Assembly: GCA_003427395.1 (NCBI GenBank)
Contig: BFEA01000036.1
Location: 1,348,425 to 1,412,424, forward strand
DNA length: 64,000 bases
Direction of reading: 5' to 3'
From: Chara braunii
Taxonomy: Eukaryota; Plantae; Charophyceae
Under the pieces are notes generated by a model. The model worked only from the letters and a program-made list of their open reading frames with translations, had not been told where the DNA came from and made no database searches. This document shows positions 55,101-64,000 of this stretch, piece after piece. A program made the position numbers and the translations under genes. Each line of letters begins with the position of its first letter. Position 1 is the first letter of the stretch.

Positions 55101-58047
55101 TAAGAATCCTTGTAGTATCGTCAAGAGTCGAGTCATCGAACCCCTCTAAAGCAACTTTGTCTGCCGCCCTACCCTCAAGTCTGACACTTCTATTTCTAAT
55201 CTCATTCTCTCTTCAGTGACCTTTATAAGTTCCTTCTCTAGCCTTAAGCGGATCCTCTCTACCTACTGGAGCTCATCTACTGCCTGGTGCACGGAGGCAG
55301 CGAGCCGGACTGCACGACCACCATCTGACTAGTTCCTAATCCCTTAGTACTAGAAATGGACTATCTGGTTGTGTCCGACATTCCAAACGAAAAACTAGAC
55401 GAGGTTGCTGCAAACGATGTCGAAGAAGTAGTCATTGCTACTGCACTAACCATTGCTGCTGCTAACGCTCTTTCTACAACTGCTGCAACTTCCCTTACAG
55501 TCTCAAGATTACGGACCCTTGCTTCAACCCTTAGCTTTTTCTCGTCTCTCGATAACAAGACCTGGAACACTACATGTATCTTATGCGTATCACGCCTGGT
55601 CTGCCTTCGATCGCCAGTTGTGCCTTCACCACCTTCTGTTCCACTCATCGGCTAGGCAGAACCTGTCTGCACTAGTATCCACTTTGGAAACTACTGCAAC
55701 ATGCGTCTGACCGGTTCTAAAAATAAATAAAATTAAAATAAATATCCGGCGAGTTACCTAGACTACCGTTGAAGCGGTATCATTAAAACATTCACACAGG
55801 CTGTACACATAGTCTAAACCTACCCTGATTAGTTCACTTACAAAAGCTTTGAAAAAATCTGACTATGACAGAACATTTCAGTTCTAATCTAGGCTGTCTT
55901 TGAGGTGTTAGCAGTCTGTCAATCAACTAATCAAAATAAAAATAGACTACGTGAGCAGATGTATGCACAATGAATATAGTTGTGTTTGACAGTTGAGTCT
56001 CAATTGGAATCGTCCTCCTCTGTATCCAACGTGCCTGTAGCCATCATTGAGTGAGAGTGTCTAAAGTGTGCATTAGCGACCCACCCTTGTGCCCAAGGTA
56101 TATGATTATGACCAAAACTGCCCGTTCTTTACCCTCACGTGCAACGAGCCTTACGTCTGACTGATCTGGCTGATCAAGAGGCAGTTTAAGGACAACCCCC
56201 AAGGTCCTCAGGAATGATTTAATGTCGCAATCAGGATGACGATCACAACCAGTGGACAGATCAGACACCCGCCATAAATATTTATAGACGGTCTGGTTTG
56301 CGTCTGCAAAGGACTGGTCACTGGTCAATCCGCACACCCCTTTTATAAGTGCAACAAAGAGCCTTCAACGGACAAAGCAGCATGGCCTGTGTGTACTACT
56401 CCCATGGGTTGGCATGGTGACTGCGAGTCTGTGACCCGTGCTTCGACTAGGGCCCTTCAGAGGCACCACCCTCTCCTGCTAGATGCGCCACCGAGAAGAA
56501 TGTCGTCTCTCAAGGTAGAGCGCTCACGACTCCTCACACCAAAGAGAGGACACTCAAGGTGGGACTCACTTCCTCACGGTAAGAGGACATTGAGAGGGTA
56601 GATAAGGTAAGGGAACAACGTACCTGGAGGTACTTGCCCCCAACCACATATTTCTCACCAATTGAGTCGATGTGCATTTCGATGACCGGTCATAGCCTCG
56701 ATACCACCCACAACACAATGAAGTGCCACATCATCCAAAATGCCACATCAGCATGCTCTCATCATCATACATACATTTCCTGTCGCGACAACTCCCATGT
56801 TGTCGCGACAACCTTCCAGCGCCCGACCCCTCCACCTGGGCCCCGCTATTTCAAGCCAGCGCCAAAGTATCCTTACTACACTGAAGTATCGCCAGTGCAC
56901 CAAATAACAATGTTGCCAGCGCCAAGTAAGATTGCAAGGAATACGAGTGAGAATGATATACAGAAAACCAAGTTGCGAAATCACACAAATGTCCAAGTAG
57001 TCGTGTACAAGCACAGAGCACAAATGCACCGAGATTCCATCCAAATGAGAGCAATACAACGATTAAGAAGTAATGAGCCTATGTTCAAGCCCTCAGGCCA
57101 CACCAACACAGTATTCAAAGTTGCTCCTCTCTGTCTGGCACCCAGCGCCCAGCCTACACTGCTCGACTATCCTACCTTCATCAGCATTCTCGCAACAAGC
57201 TCACTTCGACTCTTGAAGACTAATGTACATGACGTCAACACCGTAGCCGACCTCTCTCATGTACCAGGTACGTATCTCGTCTCCCCTCATCGGAACCTGT
57301 CCACCCACACTCGTCTCCTTCCTGAAGACCACCGATCGCCCTCTCACCCCCTCGCGCCCTGCAGCCCGGCTATGGCTCCGCTGCCCAGCAGCGGCCCTCT
57401 TCACCTCACACGCGCCCGCACGCGCTCTCGCCTCAGCGCAGCACACAGCCCCTAATGCAGTGGCGCAGCAGCGTGACCACATCGCCTGCGTGGGCCAGCA
57501 TGTCTGTCCCTGGCCACCCTCCTTCCTATATGGAAGCGGCAGCCCCTGCTTGGCTGTGTGTGGCCTGGCTGGAAAGCTTCCAGTAGCTTCCTGTCGGGGC
57601 CCAGTACCTTTGCCCAGGTTCAATGCTACAGTTGAGGGCCTGGGCCCTTTACTGTTGGGCACGGCCTGAGTCTTTAGACTTGGGCCGTTTGCTGCATTTG
57701 CCAGGACACGGGGTATGTACATCGACAATGTTGCTTTCGCATAGGCCTGTATCCACTTCGTGATGTATAGGTCCTGCATTGTGTGTAAATGCCCAGGCGC
57801 AACTGCCACGGCCTGGGCCAAACTGTTCGACGCAGCTTAGGGTGGCTCACGCATCCATTCAACCAACTGGCGGGCTGCAACAGCCTGAGTACCCACGTAT
57901 GGAAAATGCCGAACTTGGCCTCTGGTGAATATTCAGGCCCACCTTCACTTAGGGGCTTAGGGCGACACTTGGCTTGTTGTGGGCCTCTGCCCAGAACATA
58001 TGCATGACATTGTCTGATAAGGGCCCCGGTAGGGCTCATTCCTCACA
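52111..58047 (-). mobile_element. Degenerate Ty3/Gypsy element B (same family as A): terminal region, gag, PR, partial RT; RH and IN deleted
   Basis: RT [39 protein letters not shown]; protease GAFVDIS; terminus CCTCACA at 58041-58047. 52111-52218 repeats 56931-57059. Confidence 0.9.
52219..55250 (-). pseudogene. gag-PR-RT remnant of element B
   Basis: ORF fragments 51964-52623, 52610-52942, 53219-53725 and 54441-55089 carry Gypsy motifs; frameshifted. Upper boundary approximate. Confidence 0.88.
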
Positions 58048-58169
58048 CTCTGTTGTGACGTCAACGTACTTGCTCGCCCCTACTTCGTATTATCGTACTT
58101 CCTGGACTTGCTGGACTTGCTATACTTGCTGTGACAGTCCATCCATCAATTGACAATGTGCCAGTTGAC

Positions 58170-61100
58170 CCTGATGTAGGACATTCTTCAAAAAACTGTA
58201 CACATTCCATATCTCATCTCCTCACGGAGAAGAACGAATCAGAGAAATACAAAACTTTCTAAGGCCAATGGACCGTCACTTATCCGCCTGCCAGCGCGAC
58301 AGACTGGAGAGGGAACTGACGAAAGAAGAAGTGTGGGCAGCACTTCTCCAGATGAGGGAGGAGAAAACTTCAGGCATAGATGGGTTCCCTAAAGAATTCT
58401 GGGAAGCCACATGAACAAATCTGAGTACCGACCTGTGGGATTACTATCAGGATGTTTGGGAAACTGGTAAATTAGGGAAAACCGTAGGGAAAGGTGTGTT
58501 ATCCCTTCTATATAAGAAAGACGACAAAATGAATATCAGGAATTACAGACCCATGACGTTGCTCTCGGTGGTCTATAAAATGCTTTCCAAAGCACTGACC
58601 AATCGCATGGCGGCAGTCTTGGAGGATGTCATACACCCGGCACAAACAGGATTTATGTCAGATAGGAACATACAAGAAAACATCCTGCTAGTCAGTGACG
58701 TGGTACAACTAGCGCGTCGACACCGGGCCAATGCGACCATTATCTTCATAGACTTTGAGAAAGCCTATGACCACGTCGACTGGGATTTCCTTGACAAATG
58801 TCTGAAAAGAATGAACTTCGGTCCTGTCTTCCGGCAATGGATTAAGATCCTCCATACTCAAGCCACTACCTGCGTTCAAGTCAATGGGTCAGTCGCCCCT
58901 CCGTTTGAACTTCAACGTTCGGTAAGACAAGGAGACCCGATTGCCCCCTACCTCTTTTTAGTGATAATGGAGACACTATCAGCTAACCTTCGTCATCACA
59001 AGGACCTTACCCGAATCAAGATATCCAACATCCCTAAAGAAGCAATCCCTATCTGCTCCCTGTTCGCAGACGATCTCACCATTCTGGTGGAGGCAACAAA
59101 ATCTAATATGAGGGAAATCCAATTGCTCATGAACAAGTTTTGCCTGCTATCGGATATGTCTGTGAATTGGGTACAAAAAACGATTGGATGGTGGATGCAA
59201 CATCAAGGTGGAAGACCCCCAGAAAGACCGCAGATCACTTGGCGCCCTCACGAAGACCCGCTAAGAATTCTGGGAGCTTTAGTCACTGTAAACGGGAAAC
59301 CACCATCTAATGACCAATGGTTGGCTGGAACGGCACAGACCAAATTGGAAAAATGGAACAACAACATACCTCCATATTTGGGCGAGCGCTGGTGATAAAT
59401 AATGTAGTCCTGGCCACCCTATGGTATAAAGCTATCCTATGGCCCCTAAGCGCAGGGGGGATCAAGGCATTGAAAAAACAACTGGCGGCCTTCCTCTGGA
59501 GGGGAGATAGCAACAAGTCCCACACCATAAGTCGAGTAGCATGGGAGTCAGTGATTCAGCCCAAGAACGGGGGAGGATTCGGAATTGTGGATCCGACCAC
59601 ACAATTTCAATCCCTCACATTCCGCTGGCTTCAACATATTATTTTCTCTACTTCATCCCCCTGGGTCCCCTTGGCTCTAGCACAAATTTCTGATTTGGTG
59701 CCGGAATCCCCACCTGAGATCGATCCTCGAGTATGGTTAGAGGACAGGTATTGGAGGTTGCCAAGAAAATATAGGAATGGGGACCCCACTGACAAACAAT
59801 GGGTGCGTCTCATACGCACTTGGAGGAAACTTCCCCCTCCACTTCGATCATCACCAGAAAGGTGGGAAGAGATATTTAGGCAACCCCTTTTCGGCAACCA
59901 CCTAATAACAGATTCTGAAGGGCGCGTGTGAAACAGCTCGGAGTCTCCATGGAAAGGATGGGTAAAACATGGGGCCCGAAGGGTTGGGGATCTTTGGGAT
60001 AAGGAGGCGGCCAACTGGAAGAGCATAGGGAGGATGCGCACATGGCTGCGGTACTGCCATCTCACGGAAGACGCATTCAATGATCTCATTGAGAGTTTCC
60101 CTCTTCATTGGTTCACCATCCTCAAGAAAGGCCCTAGTCTAAAGGAAGGGGACTGGGTGGGGTTACCTGACCATGACAAAGAAGTAGGGCGTGTACACCT
60201 TATAGGTCCTAAAGATGCACTAATAGAAGTCTTCTCCATCCAAAAAGAGGGTAGACTGGAATGGAATGAACAACCCTTTATATGGAAGGACCAAAAGGAG
60301 GTATATCGCATCAGGGTGCTTGACGAGGATTGTTGTCCGAAGGTGTATTGCCCAATGACCCCAATTGAGGATCTCCCCCTAGACCCGGTGGAATGGCGAT
60401 GGAACCTAGGCAACCCGGTCCGGAAAGGGGAAGACATAGTGCTAACATTACACAATCCAAAAACAAAATCAGCTTACCGAATGATCAGACCCAAATGCAG
60501 ACTAAAGGACCGAGTGGAGGACAGATGGTATCGCCATCTCGACATAGACCGTAGTCTGCTTAAACCCATTCGATGGTTCGCTCACCATAGATGCAGACCC
60601 GCCAAGATCTCGACCCTCCAATGGCAAATCGAACATAGGTGCCTACCAACCAATGATTGGTTGATAGACCACACACGCTTGGAACAGCAAGGGAAAACAC
60701 TTCCATGGAGCCACAAATGCTGTCAGGGCTTCCTTGGGACGAAACGAGCAGAAACTATAGAACATTTGTTTCTTCAATGCCCTGCGTCAGTACTATTGTG
60801 GAGAAGCTGGGATAGAATCTGGCGCCACATGGTTCCCAGCATGACATGGCCCTGGGATTGGAGGGCCATACTCCTCGGACACTACCCCCCAATACAGGGA
60901 AACACATTTGCAGAAAATATGTTCAAACTGGGCAGGCGAAGTGTCTTATGGACCTTATGGTGGAGGCGATGCATTTTAGAGTTAGAAGGGGCACAGGTGG
61001 AGGACGGAGAAGCCATGGAACAAGTACGGACATTGGTCCAATTTGAAATTGAGACACAATGGAAGGCAGCCAAAGATAAGCTCGACCAGTCATACACTTG

Positions 61101-61700
61101 GGGGGACATGAACAAGATCATCTCCCGCTTTTGTGAAGACTGGCTGGGGGGGGCTAGGGAAGGCTGGGTGGCAGAGACAAAGTGGTCTGGATTCAACCAG
61201 AAGGATGAACCCCGGGAGGGATTGGCAAGGGACTACCGGTTGATTTTCCACGATTGGATCAAAATTGATCCGGGCATCCCTTTACGGCCAGCCCAGGACT
61301 TTGTAGATCCCTTCCCCCCCCACCCGTTGTCCCCGGTGGAAGTACTGCCCACGACATGATACACCCAGATCAGTCAACTCATCCAGCTCATTCAGTTGCA
61401 TTCAGCGGTGGTCTGTTCATTAGTCCATTTAGTTCATTTAGTCCATCTTGCCCATTCTAGCTCATTCAGTTCATTTAGTTCATTCAGTGCACTCAGTGCA
61501 TTCAGTCCATTCAGTTCAATAAGTTCTTTCAGTCCAGTTAATCCAGTCAGATCTTTAGTTCCTTCAGTTCATCAAGCTCATTCCAGTTTATTCAGCTTAT
61601 TCAGCTTATTCAGCTTATTCAGTTTATTCAGTCTATTCAGTTTATTCCAGAAATAGGCTCTGAATAGGCTCTGAATAGGCTCAGAATAAAGTCTAGAATG
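58170..61700 (+). mobile_element. 5'-truncated L1/Tx1-type LINE
   Basis: ORF2 starts just before RT with no endonuclease. 3' UTR is made of TTCAG-type simple repeats. Ends approximate; TSD not found. Confidence 0.88.
58180..61359 (+). pseudogene. LINE ORF2 remnant: RT plus C-terminal Cys/His zinc-binding region
   Basis: NYRPMTLL, IDFEKAYD, RQGDPIAPYLF, FADD, ETIEHLFLQC. TGA at ~58412 and 59929; frameshift ~59370. Confidence 0.93.
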
Positions 61701-63480
61701 GCCCAGAAGTTGAACCAACAAGGCTCAGTATCGGGTGATAGCATGATAGCATGATAGCATGATCAGATAGATGGGCTGAGGAACAGAAAGGAACTGCTGG
61801 TGCCCCCCAGCAGCCCTGCTGGGCCTAGCCTGAGACACTGTTTTCTAGCTAGAAGGCGGACTAGGGAACAGGCAGGGACCACTGGTGCCCCCCAGTGATC
61901 CTACTGGACCCTAGACCAAGGATTTTGTTCGAAAGAAGATAGGATACAAAGCAATGGGACGCTGGACCCGGTTTCCAGCATGCTATCGCATGTTATCTCA
62001 GGATTTTCTTGATCAAATGTAAGGGACGCTGGACCCGGTTTCCAGCAGGTGATGCTCCCCACCAATAGATGGAGCCTGCCTGGGGGTGCTAGCGGTGTCT
62101 GNNNNNNNNNNNNNNNNNNNNNNNNNNNNNNNNNNNNNNNNNNNNNNNNNNNNNNNNNNNNNNNNNNNNNNNNNNNNNNNNNNNNNNNNNNNNNNNNNNN
62201 NNNNNNNNNNNNNNNNNNNNNNNNNNNNNNNNNNNNNNNNNNNNNNNNNNNNNNNNNNNNNNNNNNNNNNNNNNNNNNNNNNNNNNNNNNNNNNNNNNNN
62301 NNNNNNNNNNNNNNNNNNNNNNNNNNNNNNNNNNNNNNNNNNNNNNNNNNNNNNNNNNNNNNNNNNNNNNNNNNNNNNNNNNNNNNNNNNNNNNNNNNNN
62401 NNNNNNNNNNNNNNNNNNNNNNNNNNNNNNNNNNNNNNNNNNNNNNNNNNNNNNNNNNNNNNNNNNNNNNNNNNNNNNNNNNNNNNNNNNNNNNNNNNNN
62501 NNNNNNNNNNNNNNNNNNNNNNNNNNNNNNNNNNNNNNNNNNNNNNNNNNNNNNNNNNNNNNNNNNNNNNNNNNNNNNNNNNNNNNNNNNNNNNNNNNNN
62601 NNNNNNNNNNNNNNNNNNNNNNNNNNNNNNNNNNNNNNNNNNNNNNNNNNNNNNNNNNNNNNNNNNNNNNNNNNNNNNNNNNNNNNNNNNNNNNNNNNNN
62701 NNNNNNNNNNNNNNNNNNNNNNNNNNNNNNNNNNNNNNNNNNNNNNNNNNNNNNNNNNNNNNNNNNNNNNNNNNNNNNNNNNNNNNNNNNNNNNNNNNNN
62801 NNNNNNNNNNNNNNNNNNNNNNNNNNNNNNNNNNNNNNNNNNNNNNNNNNNNNNNNNNNNNNNNNNNNNNNNNNNNNNNNNNNNNNNNNNNNNNNNNNNN
62901 NNNNNNNNNNGGGGGGCTACATTACTTAAGACAGTCGCAGACAGTTAGTCATAGATGAGGACAAAGTTTGTTGGTTGATGGACAACTTGAAAGTGATGTG
63001 TTGGCAATCTTTTCCACAGCCTCTCGGAGAGAAGCGAGGGATGTCATGTAAGGGTGTTATCGTCGTTGAGACTGCAGAGTCTCTGTTTTCGGTCAGTCCA
63101 GTCCTAAGAGTCCCAACCTGAGCTGAGCACTACCAGGCAAATTTCAAGTTTGAGACAACTGCGCCTGTGACCCGTGCAGAGTTCCAAATTCATGGAAATA
63201 ACTGCACGCTGCACAGTGCAGGTCGGGGCGAAGAGCAGTTACAAAGTGCAAGAAAAGCAAAAACTCATGCTTCGGACGGCCTGCAGTGCCCGTTCAACAA
63301 TTGGCATAAATGGGAGGTACCGGTACAGGTACAGGTTGTTTTCCCGAGGGCTGGGGGCAGGTACCCAAACTGTCCTTCCTTTTTTTTTTTTTTTTTTTTT
63401 TTTTAAGGATCACGGAAGCGGGTTGGAAAACGATTCGCGGGGGGCGGGGTTGGAAAACAACACGCAGAGACCCCTTTTTG

Positions 63481-63640
63481 CCGTGGCCCAGCCACGGGTG
63501 TGGCCTAGACATCTCGGCCATTGCCCAGCCATGGGCGTGGCCTAGACATCTCGGCCATCTAGGCCATTGCCCAGCCACGGGCGTGGCCTAGACATCTCGG
63601 CCGTGGCCCAGCCACGGGCGTGACCTAGACATCTCGGCCA
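63481..63640. repeat. 37-bp GC-rich minisatellite, ~4 copies
   Basis: CCGTGGCCCAGCCACGGGYGTGGCCTAGACATCTCGG repeated. Confidence 0.9.
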
Positions 63641-63754
63641 TGGCCAAGTCACAAGCATGGAAAAAAAAAAAAAAAAAAAAAAGCAATGACGAGTGGCCGC
63701 CTGATTTTGCCATGACCACTGGCAGGTAGAAGTGCACAAAGCTGTTCTTTTTTT

Positions 63755-63936
63755 GCAGTTTCTAATTGCCCTCTGCTCGGACCTGCAGTGCCTGTTATTC
63801 CTGCAAATTTAATTCAAAACTTAACACCACACTCCTGCATAGTTAGCAGTTTCTAATTGCCCTCTGCTCGGACCTGCAGTGCCTGTTATTCCTGCAAATT
63901 TAATTCAAAACTTAACACCACACTCCTGCATAGTTA
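63755..63936. repeat. Exact 91-bp tandem duplication
   Basis: 63755-63845 equals 63846-63936. Confidence 0.9.
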
Positions 63937-64000
63937 TTTCTTTAAACCACCCATACCTTTCCCAGCTTTTTTTTCAGAGGTGCACCGGGTAACATGGCCT

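Noticed and set aside
56634-57821. 273-aa and 206-aa ORFs in the Gypsy B terminal region
   Set aside because: Frames are not maintained in the homologous region of element A (12330-13760) and show no motifs.

Overview
Eukaryotic, repeat-saturated, gapped draft sequence. The plant-type U6, chromoviral Gypsy and endonuclease-first Penelope element suggest a green alga or plant, resembling Chara; this is an inference. No intact host gene can be supported. The window is a stack of nested, mostly decayed mobile elements. (1) A full-length chromodomain Ty3/Gypsy (13768-22549, TSD TGTA) sits inside the terminal region of an older minus-strand Gypsy; a second member of that older family lies at ~52111-58047. 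(2) A Penelope-like retroelement (25215-36810) has pseudo-LTRs, a 13-bp TSD, GIY-YIG upstream of RT, and a separate upstream ORF (zinc knuckle, coiled coil, SAP-like). That ORF is split by a 7.3-kb TGTGA..TCACA insertion carrying an unknown ORF, which is in turn split by an 8-bp-TSD DNA element. (3) A PIF/Harbinger transposon (38321-45620) encodes a transposase, a trihelix Myb/SANT protein and a third, unidentified coding region. (4) A 5'-truncated L1/Tx1-type LINE lies at ~58170-61700. Also present are two U6 snRNA retrocopies (one a twin-priming inversion), a structured poly(A)/TSD-flanked insert of unknown origin, many MITEs/foldbacks and a satellite with dimeric higher-order structure. All calls come from reading the sequence by eye; no searches were run.
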